Positions 28,612-38,435 of a stretch of DNA of 64,000 bases are shown one piece after another. Each line of letters opens with the position of its first letter. Position 1 is the stretch's first letter. Where the stretch lies: positions 856-64,855 of the forward strand of contig JAEWIR010000039.1 in NCBI GenBank assembly GCA_023386965.1. The letters run 5' to 3'. This stretch comes from Bacteroidota bacterium (GTDB lineage Bacteria > Bacteroidota > Bacteroidia > Flavobacteriales > Weeksellaceae). The notes beneath the pieces were generated by a model. It was not told the DNA's origin. It searched no databases and saw only the letters and a program-made list of their open reading frames with translations. The translations under genes and the position numbers were made by a program.

Positions 28612-28637
28612 GGCGGCTTTCAAAGGCCGCTTTTTTT
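28612..28637 (+). terminator. intrinsic terminator
   Basis: GCGGCTTT-c-AAAGGCCGC-type hairpin followed by T7. Confidence 0.75.
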
Positions 28638-28703
28638 GTTTGTTTTCACAACAGAATCGCCTTAGCCGGGAAAGAGCACGACTGATGCTTTTTTAAAAAC
28701 AGG

Positions 28704-28735
28704 TTTTGTATTTCATATTATTTCACTTATTTTTG
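28704..28735 (+). promoter_or_regulatory. Bacteroidota sigmaA promoter of dnaX
   Basis: TTTG (28705-28708), 19-nt spacer, TATTTTTG (28728-28735). Confidence 0.6.
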
Positions 28736-28740
28736 ACCCC

Positions 28741-29826
28741 ATGGAAAACTTCGTTGTTTCAGCCCGAAAATACCGTCCGCAGGAGTTTGATACTGTTGTG
28801 GGGCAGGCACATATTACGGACACGCTGGAGCACGCGATAGAAGAAAACCAGCTTGCGCAGGCACTTCTTTTCTGCGGTCCTCGTGGGGTGGGCAAAACCA
28901 CCTGTGCCAGGATCCTGGCCCGAAAAATCAACGAAAGGGATGGTGCCACTTCCGAAGATGGCTTCACTTACAATATCCATGAGCTCGATGCCGCCTCCAA
29001 CAACTCGGTGGATGACATTCGGGAGCTGATCGACCAGGTTCGTTTCGCACCCCAGGTGGGCACCTACAAGGTGTATATCATTGACGAGGTGCATATGCTT
29101 TCGTCGGCTGCTTTCAACGCCTTTCTGAAGACCCTGGAGGAACCGCCTGCACACGCCATCTTTATCCTGGCCACCACAGAGAAGCATAAAATCATTCCGA
29201 CGATCCTTTCCAGATGTCAGATTTATGATTTCAAAAGGATAACCATTGAGGATATCCAGCAGCACCTCCGCAAGATTGCTCAAGCTGAAAACATTCAGTA
29301 TGATGACGACGCACTTTACCTCGTAGCTCAAAAAGCTGATGGTGCCCTGCGTGATGCCTTATCCATTTTTGACAGGCTCTCTACATTTACCCAGAAAAAT
29401 ATTACACTTCAGAAAGCGGCTGAAGTCCTGAATATCCTGGACTATGACCAATATCTTACTGTTGCCGACCTTGCGCACGAAAATAAGATTCCTGAGATCC
29501 TGACCGCCTTTAACGAAATTGTAAAGAAGGGATTTGACCCGCATCTTTTCATCGCCGGCCTGGGCAGTCACTTCCGCGATCTCATGATGGCACAGAACCC
29601 TGTTACGCTTTCACTTATTGAAGTAGGCGAGAAAACAAAGGAACGTTTCGGAGTCCAGAGCCAGAAATGGACGCCTCAGCAGCTTATTGACGGCATTGAA
29701 ATCTGTAACCATGCAGATATCAACTATAAGAATTCCAAGAATCCAAGACTGATGGTGGAGATTGCTTTGATGCAGCTTGCCAGCCTGACCGCGGCAAATA
29801 ATTCCGTCAAAAAAAAAAATTCCTGA
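28741..29826 (+). CDS. dnaX: DNA polymerase III gamma/tau, short (gamma-like) zero-frame product
   Basis: ARKYRPQ.F, GPRGVGKT, ELDAASN, IIDEVHML, LSRCQ. Confidence 0.95.
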   Translation: MENFVVSARKYRPQEFDTVVGQAHITDTLEHAIEENQLAQALLFCGPRGVGKTTCARILARKINERDGATSEDGFTYNIHELDAASNNSVDDIRELIDQVRFAPQVGTYKVYIIDEVHMLSSAAFNAFLKTLEEPPAHAIFILATTEKHKIIPTILSRCQIYDFKRITIEDIQQHLRKIAQAENIQYDDDALYLVAQKADGALRDALSIFDRLSTFTQKNITLQKAAEVLNILDYDQYLTVADLAHENKIPEILTAFNEIVKKGFDPHLFIAGLGSHFRDLMMAQNPVTLSLIEVGEKTKERFGVQSQKWTPQQLIDGIEICNHADINYKNSKNPRLMVEIALMQLASLTAANNSVKKKNS

Positions 29827-30410
29827 TTTTAGCCCCAGGGGTTGAACAGCTTCCTCCTCCCGCAGCGGAAAAACCAAAAGAGATACTGCCTGAACCCGAA
29901 ACAATAGTAGTTCAGAAGGCGGTAACTCCTGTAGTGAAGTCCAAACCGGCCACGCCTTCCCGGTTCAGCATCACGCGCAAACTGACCGTTGAGGAAGACG
30001 AGGAGAAAAGTACGGTGATCCAGGCAGATAAAGAAGAACTGCCCAACAGCCATTTTACAGAAACCGATTTGCAGACCGAGTGGAATACCTTCCTGAATCA
30101 GATTCAGCGGAAAGATATCGTAATTTACAATGCAATCAGCGGCTTTAAAGTCCATAAGGAGGACGAAGACCTTATCCGCATATTTTATCCTTCGGATACT
30201 GCCAAATCTGAATTTGATAAAGTATCCCATGATTTCCTGAACCACTTTCGGCACAAAGTTCACAATTATACTTTCCGCGTGGAATATAAAATGGATGCGG
30301 TAAACCTGAAGAAAGAAATCGTAACCAAACGCAGTCTCTTCGAAAAGTATGTGCAGATCAACCCCGTATTGAAAGAGCTTGATGATCTGTTTAAACTTGA
30401 CCTTAGTTAA
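29809..30410 (+). CDS. dnaX: DnaX tau C-terminal extension, reached by a -1 shift or +1A slippage at the A11 run
   Basis: The -1 frame is open from 29802 to 30410 (KKFLILAPG...Pro-rich linker...NPVLKELDDLFKLDL). Confidence 0.7.
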
Positions 30411-30429
30411 TAACCACTTTTACAAACAC

Positions 30430-31509
30430 ATGCAGTTAACCGATATAAAAAACGACTGGATTTCACAGTTCAATCATCCGCTAATCATCGCAGGACCCTG
30501 CAGCGCCGAGAGTGAGACCCAAATGCTGGAAACAGCCGGCCGCATGAAAGAATCCGGTGCTTCTGTCTCTGTTTTCCGTGCCGGAATCTGGAAACCGCGT
30601 ACCAAGCCTAACGGTTTTGAAGGTGTGGGAACCATCGGATTGGGGTGGCTGAGGAAAGTAAAGGAAGAATTCGGTTACAAAACAGCAACCGAGGTGGCCA
30701 ATATGCATCATGTACAGGCGGCCTTAGATGCAGATGTGGATATCCTTTGGATTGGCGCACGCACCACTGTAAATCCGTTCGCCGTGCAGGAAATTGCCGA
30801 TGCCTTGAAAGGTACAGACCGGATCGTGCTGGTTAAAAATCCCGTAAATCCCGACCTGGCTCTATGGATTGGAGCCCTGGAGCGGCTTGCAGGTGCCGGA
30901 ATCCGCCAGCTTGGGGCTATTCACCGGGGCTTCTCCACCTACAGGAAAACAAACTACCGCAATATCCCCAACTGGCAGATTGCGCTTGATTTTAAAAACC
31001 AATTGCCTAATATTCCGCTGATCATTGATCCTTCCCACATATGCGGAAACCGCACAGGACTGTCCTCAGTAGCTCAGGAAGCCCTGAATTTGGGATATCA
31101 GGGTGTGATGATTGAGACCCACTGCAATCCGGACGAAGCCTGGAGTGATGCGAGGCAGCAGATTACACCGGAAACCCTTTCAGCCCTCTTGAAGGGACTC
31201 ATCGTCAGGAACGAGGAATGTACGGGTTTTGACGAGGAACTTGAAAGGTACCGCACCCTTATTTCTGACGTAGATTATCAGGTAATTGATTTACTGTCAC
31301 AACGGATGAAACTTTCAGAGAAAATCGGTTTGCTTAAAAGTGATAATAACCTGACTGTTTTTCAGCCGGACCGCTGGAAGGCCGTTACAGAATACGCCAA
31401 AAGAAAAGCGGAAGAAACCGGAATGTCGCAGGAATTTATTGAAAGCATATTCAAGACCATTCATGAACAGTCTGTGGTGGTGCAGAATGACATCATGAAA
31501 AGCAAATAA
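30430..31509 (+). CDS. bifunctional DAHP synthase / chorismate mutase
   Basis: IIAGPCSAES, WKPRT, WIGART, DPSH, E.H..PD.A.SD, plus C-terminal chorismate mutase helices. Confidence 0.9.
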   Translation: MQLTDIKNDWISQFNHPLIIAGPCSAESETQMLETAGRMKESGASVSVFRAGIWKPRTKPNGFEGVGTIGLGWLRKVKEEFGYKTATEVANMHHVQAALDADVDILWIGARTTVNPFAVQEIADALKGTDRIVLVKNPVNPDLALWIGALERLAGAGIRQLGAIHRGFSTYRKTNYRNIPNWQIALDFKNQLPNIPLIIDPSHICGNRTGLSSVAQEALNLGYQGVMIETHCNPDEAWSDARQQITPETLSALLKGLIVRNEECTGFDEELERYRTLISDVDYQVIDLLSQRMKLSEKIGLLKSDNNLTVFQPDRWKAVTEYAKRKAEETGMSQEFIESIFKTIHEQSVVVQNDIMKSK

Positions 31510-31518
31510 AGGTAAGGT

Positions 31519-32451
31519 ATGAAAGGACTTGTAATAAAATCTACCGGCAGCTGGTATCAGGTGATGGACCATGACACGAAAGAAGTGTACGAGGCCCGGA
31601 TCAGAGGTAAGTTTAAACTGATAAAAACACGTTTAACGAATCCTTTGGCCGTGGGGGACCATGTGGAGTTTCAGTTGGAACAGGACAGTGTAGCCTGGAT
31701 TACAAAAATTGAAACCCGCCGCAACTACCTGATCCGTAAATCTGTAAACCTTTCAAAAGAAGCGCATATCATCGCGTCAAATATCGATATTGCCTGTTTT
31801 ATTTATACGCTAAAGTTTCCGGAGACCTCGCTTGGTTTTCTGGACCGTTTCCTGGCTTGCTGCGAAGCTTATAATATTGAACCGCTTATCCTGATGAGTA
31901 AAATGGATACCTTAAGCGAAGGCGAAGTGGAAATCATTGATAATATTGAAGAGATGTACCACACAATCGGTTACGAAACGCTTCAGGTGTCCTCCTATAC
32001 AAAACTGAATCTGGACTTGTTGCAGGAGAGGCTTAAAGACAGGGTTTCAGTTTTCTTCGGACATTCGGGGGCAGGAAAATCGACTTTAGTCAATGCCTTC
32101 CAGCCCGGCTTGAACCTTAAGACCTCGGAGATTTCCGAAACTCATCTTAAGGGAAAACATACGACCACTTTCGCGCAGATGCATTTCTGGGATTTTGGCG
32201 GAAGCGTAATCGATACGCCCGGTGTACGGGAGTTTGCTATGATTGATGTACTTAAGGAGGAGGTACAGCACTATTTTCCGGATATCTTCCGGAAATCGGA
32301 TGAATGCAAGTTTTATAACTGTCTGCACATCAACGAACCAAAATGTGCGGTTTTAGCAGGCCTGGAAACTGGTGAAATCGAAGAAACAAGGTATTCCACC
32401 TATCTGAAACTGATGGAGGAGGCAGACGCGCTGGAGCAGGAGGGTTTTTAG
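31519..32451 (+). CDS. rsgA: ribosome small subunit-dependent GTPase A
   Basis: AVGD.V, GHSGAGKSTL, GKHTTT, IDTPG, CKFYNCLH.NEP.CAV. Confidence 0.95.
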   Translation: MKGLVIKSTGSWYQVMDHDTKEVYEARIRGKFKLIKTRLTNPLAVGDHVEFQLEQDSVAWITKIETRRNYLIRKSVNLSKEAHIIASNIDIACFIYTLKFPETSLGFLDRFLACCEAYNIEPLILMSKMDTLSEGEVEIIDNIEEMYHTIGYETLQVSSYTKLNLDLLQERLKDRVSVFFGHSGAGKSTLVNAFQPGLNLKTSEISETHLKGKHTTTFAQMHFWDFGGSVIDTPGVREFAMIDVLKEEVQHYFPDIFRKSDECKFYNCLHINEPKCAVLAGLETGEIEETRYSTYLKLMEEADALEQEGF

Positions 32452-32453
32452 CA

Positions 32454-32520
32454 CAAAAAACCCAGCCGAAGCTGGGTAAAAACTAATAACCATGAAAACT
32501 CAAATTAAACATGAGAATCT
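32454..32520 (-). ncRNA. candidate sigma54-dependent sRNA (~65 nt)
   Basis: Lies between a consensus -24/-12 promoter (32531-32546, minus) and a terminator ACCCAGC-ttcg-GCTGGGT-T-run. Confidence 0.6.
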
Positions 32521-32530
32521 GATTTTAGTA

Positions 32531-32546
32531 AGCAAGCCGCGTGCCA
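32531..32546 (-). promoter_or_regulatory. sigma54 (RpoN) -24/-12 promoter
   Basis: Minus strand TGGCAC-GCGGC-TTGCT matches TGGCAC-N5-TTGCW exactly. Confidence 0.75.
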
Positions 32547-32632
32547 AAAGTGGAAAAACGTTTAAATAAACTTTTTTTCTCAGGAATTAATTAAAAGCGT
32601 AAATTTGCACTCGAAAATAAATATATAGATAT

Positions 32633-33049
32633 ATGTCAGGAATCACATTTACGATGATCAAGCCAGATGCAGTTGCAGACGGGCACATTGGCGCAATTTT
32701 AGGAAAAATTGCTGAAGCCGGATTCAAAATAAAAGCATTGAAGCTTACTCAGCTTACACTTAGTGATGCTAAGAAATTTTACGAAGTTCACAGCGAGCGT
32801 CCTTTTTACGGAGAACTTGTGGAATTTATGAGTTCAGGTCCTATTGTTGCTGCGGTTTTGGAGAAGGATAATGCGGTTGAAGATTTCAGAACGCTTATTG
32901 GTGCTACCAACCCTGCTGATGCTGCAGAAGGTACCATCAGAAAAATGTTTGCAAGAAGTGTAGGCGAGAACGCGGTACATGGTTCAGATTCTGATGAAAA
33001 TGCACTTATTGAAGCTCAGTTCCATTTTTCAGGCAGAGAAATATTCTAA
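32633..33049 (+). CDS. ndk: nucleoside diphosphate kinase
   Basis: [18 protein letters not shown]. Promoter TAAATTTG at 32600-32607. Confidence 0.97.
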   Translation: MSGITFTMIKPDAVADGHIGAILGKIAEAGFKIKALKLTQLTLSDAKKFYEVHSERPFYGELVEFMSSGPIVAAVLEKDNAVEDFRTLIGATNPADAAEGTIRKMFARSVGENAVHGSDSDENALIEAQFHFSGREIF

Positions 33050-33066
33050 GTAAGTAATTGGTAAAT

Positions 33067-33108
33067 AAAAAGCCGTACCGTTCTCCATGAACAGTACGGC
33101 TTTTTTTT
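33067..33108. terminator. bidirectional terminator after ndk
   Basis: AAAAAGCCGTAC...GTACGGCTTTTTTTT. Confidence 0.8.
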
Positions 33109-33160
33109 GACAATAAAATCCAGGCAAAATGCTGAAATTCATATAGCACATTAATCTGCT

Positions 33161-33460
33161 TTATTGCTTGTCTGTGTCTTCAGTTTCGCTCTTTTCCGAG
33201 TCTGTTCTTACGGCCTCGCTTAAATCTTCGCTTGCCTCAGTGCGCGAGATAAAATGGTGCGCGCCATATTTATCGCTGATCTGTATGGCCCAAATGATAC
33301 CTCCAATCAAGCCTAAAATGATACAGATTCCAAAGACTACAGCTCCAGTCTGGCCTTGGTCCAGGTATTGGTACAGCGCGAATCCCAAAACAGTTCCGGC
33401 AATTAATGGTGAAAGAACGATTTTGAAGAAGGAGTAACTTTCAATGAATTTAGCAAACAT
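33161..33460 (-). CDS. small two-TM hypothetical protein
   Basis: 99-aa ORF with two hydrophobic segments, co-oriented with rpe. Confidence 0.65.
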   Translation of the reverse strand: MFAKFIESYSFFKIVLSPLIAGTVLGFALYQYLDQGQTGAVVFGICIILGLIGGIIWAIQISDKYGAHHFISRTEASEDLSEAVRTDSEKSETEDTDKQ

Positions 33461-33534
33461 AAGACCTGTTTATAGATTATACGCTTGTTCAAATGTTTAA
33501 GTTACAGTGTAATTCATTACATTGACAGGATGTA

Positions 33535-34185
33535 CTAAATCTTCAGAAGTTCTATCGTTTTTTCAGGGTTTTCGCTGCTGAAAACAGCGTTACCGGCCAC
33601 AAGCACATCGGCACCAGCGTCAAACAGTTTGGATGCATTGTCCAGGTTTACACCGCCGTCTACCTGAATAAGAGCTGTGGAATTGTTGTTAAGAATAAGG
33701 TCTTTGGTCTCAGAAATTTTCTTGTAGGTGTTTTCTATGAATTTCTGACCGCCGAATCCCGGATTCACACTCATCAGCAATACCAGGTCCACTTCAGAGA
33801 TAATATCTTCCAGCATCAGAACGGGTGTGGAGGGATTCAGCACTACGCCCGCCTTGGCACCGCTGTCCTGGATAAGTCTGATGGTACGGTGCAAATGCAC
33901 GCATGCTTCGTAATGCACTGAAACGAGGTCGGCGCCGTGTGTAATGAATTCTTCAACATATTTTTCCGGCTCAACAATCATCAGGTGTACATCCACAAAC
34001 TTTTTTGCATGCTGCTGCACCGTCTTCATCACCGGGAAACCAAAGGAGATATTGGGTACAAAGCGGCCGTCCATAACATCGATATGCAGCCAGTCTGCCT
34101 GGGAATTGTTCAGCATATTAATATCCCTTTCCAGATTTCCGAAATCTGCGGACAGCAGGGAAGGGGCAATCATCTTGTTTTTCAT
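33535..34185 (-). CDS. rpe: ribulose-phosphate 3-epimerase
   Basis: IAPSLLSADF, HIDVMDG.FVPN, DVHLM, MSVNPGFGGQ, VDGG. Confidence 0.97.
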   Translation of the reverse strand: MKNKMIAPSLLSADFGNLERDINMLNNSQADWLHIDVMDGRFVPNISFGFPVMKTVQQHAKKFVDVHLMIVEPEKYVEEFITHGADLVSVHYEACVHLHRTIRLIQDSGAKAGVVLNPSTPVLMLEDIISEVDLVLLMSVNPGFGGQKFIENTYKKISETKDLILNNNSTALIQVDGGVNLDNASKLFDAGADVLVAGNAVFSSENPEKTIELLKI

Positions 34186-34191
34186 TATATT

Positions 34192-35274
34192 TTACTTAGC
34201 GTGATATTTCAGGTTCATTTCAGGTTCTATGCGTAGTAGGGTTTCGTAGATGAGCTGTATCACATTGGCTACATCTTCTTTAGATACCATCTCTACCGTG
34301 GTATGCATATAGCGCAGCGGTAAAGAAATCAAAGCCGACGGTACACCACCGTTAGAATGGGCAAAGGCGTCGGTATCGGTTCCTGTCGCGCGACTGGAAG
34401 CGGCACGCTGGAATGGTATTTCCTTGAGTTTGGCGGTGTCCACAATCAGTTGGCGGATGTTGTGGTGAACGCTTGGCGCATAGAATACCACCGGTCCGTC
34501 ACCACATTTTTGGTCACCTTCCTTTTTCTTCTCAATCATGGGCGTGGTGGTGTCGTGCGTAACATCCGTTACAATGGCGATGTTGGGCTTCAGTGTTTCC
34601 GCAATCATGTGTGCGCCGTACAGTCCCACTTCTTCCTGCACGGAATTGGTGATGTAAAGACCGAAGGGCAACTTGTTTCCGTTTTCCTTCAGCATGCGCG
34701 CGACTTCCGCAATCATAAAGCCGCCAATCCTGTTGTCCAGGGCACGGCAAACGAAGTAGCGGTCATTAAGTTCAAAGAATTCATCCGGATAGGTAATCAT
34801 GCAGCCTACGAATACACCAAGTTCTTCCACTTCTTTTTTCGAAGTAGCACCACAGTCAATGAATATATTTTCAAGTTTTGGAACCGGCTCATCTGAGGTA
34901 ATACCTCTAGTGTGAATAGCCGGCCATCCGAAAACTCCTTTTACAATTCCTTTTTCACCGTGAATGTGCACCACTTTGGAAGGGGCGATCATCTGGTCCG
35001 ACCCACCGTTGCGGATTACATAGATAAGTCCGTCGTCAGTGATATAATTAACATACCAGGAAATTTCATCGGCGTGGGCCTCAATCACAACTTTGAAGGG
35101 AGCTTCAGGATTTACGATGCCATAGCAGGTTCCGTAATGGTCAAATTCAATTTTATCAACATAAGGCTGAATGTAGTCCATCCATATTTTCTGCCCGTCA
35201 TGTTCGTAACCCGTTGGTGATGATTGGTTTAGGTAAGATTCTAAAAACTTAAGAGATTTCTTGCTGAAATTCAT
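34192..35274 (-). CDS. M42 family metallopeptidase
   Basis: SPTGYE, AHADEI, ALDNRIG, VQEEVG, GTDTD, RYMHT. Confidence 0.9.
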   Translation of the reverse strand: MNFSKKSLKFLESYLNQSSPTGYEHDGQKIWMDYIQPYVDKIEFDHYGTCYGIVNPEAPFKVVIEAHADEISWYVNYITDDGLIYVIRNGGSDQMIAPSKVVHIHGEKGIVKGVFGWPAIHTRGITSDEPVPKLENIFIDCGATSKKEVEELGVFVGCMITYPDEFFELNDRYFVCRALDNRIGGFMIAEVARMLKENGNKLPFGLYITNSVQEEVGLYGAHMIAETLKPNIAIVTDVTHDTTTPMIEKKKEGDQKCGDGPVVFYAPSVHHNIRQLIVDTAKLKEIPFQRAASSRATGTDTDAFAHSNGGVPSALISLPLRYMHTTVEMVSKEDVANVIQLIYETLLRIEPEMNLKYHAK

Positions 35275-35327
35275 TGAAAGGGAATAAAATTTGCGTTAGT
35301 TTGTGGATTTTTGAGACAGTAAAAATA

Positions 35328-36029
35328 ATGAAAATATATCAGACCCTTTTGGTCTTTCTCCTCTTTGTCACCGTATCGGTGAAGGCACAGGATACAATCA
35401 TGGTAAAACCTTTAAGTGAATATCCGCAGGATCAGCTTAAGGTAGATGAATTCGGTCAAAAATACTTCTATGATGAGAAGCAGAAGGCCAAAATTTATGA
35501 AATTAACGGCGAAACTGTAGTGATCATGGATGAGTTGGTCCTGAGAAAGGGGCCCGGATTTAACAATCAGCTTGACCGTAATTATTACTTTTTCCTGAAT
35601 AAGAAACTGGCCCGCGTCTATCCTCTTTTCGTTACTGCACTTGCGCAGTACAACGGGATTCAGAATGATATCGCGAACATGGACCGTAACTCGCAGAAAA
35701 AGTATATTCGCGAACGCCAGTCTAATCTCGCAAACCAGTACGAAAAGCAACTGCGCGATCTAACAACCACAGAAGGACGTGTTTTTGCGAAGCTCATGCA
35801 CCGTGGCACCGGAAAAACGGTTTTTGAGATTATTAAGGAACTTCGCGGGGGCTGGAGCGCATTCTGGTGGAACGTTAAGGGCAATATTGCCGAAGTTGAT
35901 ATTAAGGAACCTTACGATCCCTACCGCAACCGTACCGATCTGTATATTGAGTCACTGCTGCATTCCAACTGGAATTACGGCTATCTACAACCCTATCCAG
36001 GTGCTCAGGATTATAAGGTGAGAAAATGA
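35328..36029 (+). CDS. DUF4294-like exported protein
   Basis: Signal peptide; RVYP, L..LT..EG....KL..R.TG, ELRG. Confidence 0.7.
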   Translation: MKIYQTLLVFLLFVTVSVKAQDTIMVKPLSEYPQDQLKVDEFGQKYFYDEKQKAKIYEINGETVVIMDELVLRKGPGFNNQLDRNYYFFLNKKLARVYPLFVTALAQYNGIQNDIANMDRNSQKKYIRERQSNLANQYEKQLRDLTTTEGRVFAKLMHRGTGKTVFEIIKELRGGWSAFWWNVKGNIAEVDIKEPYDPYRNRTDLYIESLLHSNWNYGYLQPYPGAQDYKVRK

Positions 36030-36445
36030 TTGGTGGTCATTTTTTGCCTTAGCTTCTCAAAGGCAATCCTGTCTATGGGCAACGGGAAAATATTCTCGGA
36101 GTCTATGGGCAGCCATTCCACTTTTTCAATACAGGGATCCATAATAAGAAAATCGGTTTCATCTATTATCTCTACGATGTAGTAAATGGTAAGCAGCTGC
36201 TCGTTCTCGCGGAACCGCGAAACTTCAAAATTTTCCTGCGTATATAAGTGTTCTACGATCCGGATCTTGGCATTCAGTTCCTCTTCAAATTCGCGGTGAA
36301 GGCAGTCCAGAACGCCTTCGCCATACTCCAGTCCGCCGCCGGGGAACTTCATCAGGTGTTCGCCTGCGTACTCTTCATGTAATACAAGTACACTTTGATC
36401 TTTAACTGCACAGGCATAGATGCGGACGTTGGTTTTGTTGATCAT
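36011..36445 (-). CDS. NUDIX hydrolase
   Basis: Nudix box PGGGLEYGEG..DCL.REFEEE. Confidence 0.9.
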   Translation of the reverse strand: MINKTNVRIYACAVKDQSVLVLHEEYAGEHLMKFPGGGLEYGEGVLDCLHREFEEELNAKIRIVEHLYTQENFEVSRFRENEQLLTIYYIVEIIDETDFLIMDPCIEKVEWLPIDSENIFPLPIDRIAFEKLRQKMTTNHFLTL

Positions 36446-36488
36446 GTATAGAAGTTTGGATTAAAAGTACATTATTTTTTTGTTTTAA

Positions 36489-37178
36489 TCAGTTTTTCCA
36501 GGCGATGAGCATCTCCCGTTTTCCCGGTGGACCGGCTTTTTTTTCCACTTCAAAATCCAGGGACTTTAAGATCCGTCGCACCGAGCCTTTGCTGGAATAG
36601 GTCGTCAATAGTCCGCCTTCAGACATTTTTTCGGCCACAGATGCAAAAAGAGATTCCTCCCAAAGATCCGGCTGCACACGTGCGCCAAAACAGTCGTAAT
36701 ACACCAGGTTAATTTTCGGCAATTCAACCGCTGGCAAAGCGTGGAAATCACACTGTATTTTCCGGAGGGTGAAATTGGGAATGATTTCAACAGGAATTTC
36801 CCAGTCGGATTCATGAATTTTGACGAATATTTCCTGCAACTCACTGTTTGAAAAAAGTTCACTGTAGCCCAACTCTTTAATCTCAGCTTCAGTTATGGGA
36901 TATTTTTCAAGGGTATAAAAGTTTATTTTATGATTTTTATCAGTTTTTAAAAACTCATCAATAGTGACTAAAACGTTCAGTCCTGTTCCAAAACCCAGTT
37001 CTAAAATATTAATTTCGTAATCATTTACCAATTTTAGTCCATTATCAATAAATACGTGTTTTGCTTCCTGAAGCGCACCGTGATGTGAATGATACCCTTC
37101 ATTTAATTCATTAATAAACAGTGTTTTACTTCCGTCTGACGTGACTTTAACCTCTCTTTTCAACTTATTTTTTTTCAA
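36489..37178 (-). CDS. mnmD: tRNA mnm5s2U34 methyltransferase MnmD (stand-alone MnmC MTase domain)
   Basis: DGS.T, YHS.HGA..E..HVFI, ILELGFGTGLN, TYSSKG.VRR, GPPGKREM. TTG start uncertain. Confidence 0.88.
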   Translation of the reverse strand: MKKNKLKREVKVTSDGSKTLFINELNEGYHSHHGALQEAKHVFIDNGLKLVNDYEINILELGFGTGLNVLVTIDEFLKTDKNHKINFYTLEKYPITEAEIKELGYSELFSNSELQEIFVKIHESDWEIPVEIIPNFTLRKIQCDFHALPAVELPKINLVYYDCFGARVQPDLWEESLFASVAEKMSEGGLLTTYSSKGSVRRILKSLDFEVEKKAGPPGKREMLIAWKN

Positions 37179-37247
37179 ATTTAAACTAAAATATGTATAT
37201 TTAAAAAATTATTTAGAGTTGTAAAACACGTTTAAAAAAATTAAGAA

Positions 37248-38321
37248 ATGATAATCCAAAAAACCGAAAATTCAAGGATTTCTTCCTTTGATCCAGAAAA
37301 TTACTCATTCGGAGACCACTTCACGGATCATATGATTATATGTGAATATGAAAACGGTGCCTGGGGTGAGACGAGACTCATGCCTTACGGACCGCTTCCA
37401 TTTTCACCTTCCAATATGGCTTTCAATTACGGTCAGGCCTGTTTTGAGGGTATGAAAGCTTATAAAGACAGTAATGACGAAGTTTATCTTTTCCGTGTAA
37501 ATAAAAATTTTGAAAGGATTAACAAGTCAGCCAAGCGTCTGGCAATGCCTGAGATTCCAGAGGAGGTTTTTGTGGGTGGTCTGAAAGCGCTTATGGACAT
37601 AGACAGAGCCTGGATTCCAACCGGAGAAGGTAAATCCCTGTATATCCGTCCCCTCATCTTCGCGACCGAAGAAGGTTTGAAAGCAAGGGTTTCCAATAAA
37701 TATATGTTTGCAATTGTGGCTGCACCGGCTACAAGCTATTACAGCGCACCTGTATCGGTTAAGATTTCGGATTATTATTCACGTGCTGCAAGTGGCGGAG
37801 TTGGATTTGCCAAGGCGGCCGGTAACTATGCGGCATCTTTCTATCCTACCCAGCTGGCTAATGAGGAAGGTTATGAGCAGATTATCTGGACCGATGACAG
37901 TACGCATGAGTATTTTGAAGAAAGTGGCACCATGAATGTTTTTGTTAGGATTGGTGATACCATCTATACACCTCCAACATCTGAAAAAATCCTGGATGGG
38001 GTTACAAGAGACAGTTTCATTACTCTGGCTAAGCATAAAGGAATTGACGTTCGGGTAGAGCCTATCGCTGTGAAGGATGTTCTGGCGGCTCACAAAGACG
38101 GAACACTTAAGGAAATCTGGGGAGTAGGTACGGCTGTCGTAACGACTGCATTCAAATCCTTCGGTTATCAGGGCCAGAATTTTGAACTTCCTGTACTTTC
38201 AGAACAAGAGAGCTATGCTCTTTCTCTTAAGAAAGCCCTTGTTGATATTCAGACCAATGCGGCCGAAGATCCGTTTGGCTGGAGAGAGAAGGTTGAAAAA
38301 GACGTTCTTCAGACAGTATAA
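37248..38321 (+). CDS. ilvE: branched-chain amino acid aminotransferase
   Basis: FG..FTDHM, YGQ..FEGMKAY, LYIRP, AK..GNYA, EESGTMN, ILDGVTR, GTA. Confidence 0.93.
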   Translation: MIIQKTENSRISSFDPENYSFGDHFTDHMIICEYENGAWGETRLMPYGPLPFSPSNMAFNYGQACFEGMKAYKDSNDEVYLFRVNKNFERINKSAKRLAMPEIPEEVFVGGLKALMDIDRAWIPTGEGKSLYIRPLIFATEEGLKARVSNKYMFAIVAAPATSYYSAPVSVKISDYYSRAASGGVGFAKAAGNYAASFYPTQLANEEGYEQIIWTDDSTHEYFEESGTMNVFVRIGDTIYTPPTSEKILDGVTRDSFITLAKHKGIDVRVEPIAVKDVLAAHKDGTLKEIWGVGTAVVTTAFKSFGYQGQNFELPVLSEQESYALSLKKALVDIQTNAAEDPFGWREKVEKDVLQTV

Positions 38322-38340
38322 TCCATATAATTTACAGATG

Positions 38341-38368
38341 AAAGTCAGGCTTACTTGCCTGACTTTTT
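38341..38368 (+). terminator. intrinsic terminator after ilvE
   Basis: AAAGTCAGGC-ttactt-GCCTGACTTT followed by T. Confidence 0.75.
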
Positions 38369-38435
38369 GTTTTATTATTTGGGGCGAATTCCGTATTTTC
38401 GCCATGCTCACCGCATTAACAATAATAAACCAGTA

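Noticed and set aside
29934..30410. Independent GTG-started gene
   Set aside because: The frame is open back to the A11 run and resembles a tau C-terminus.
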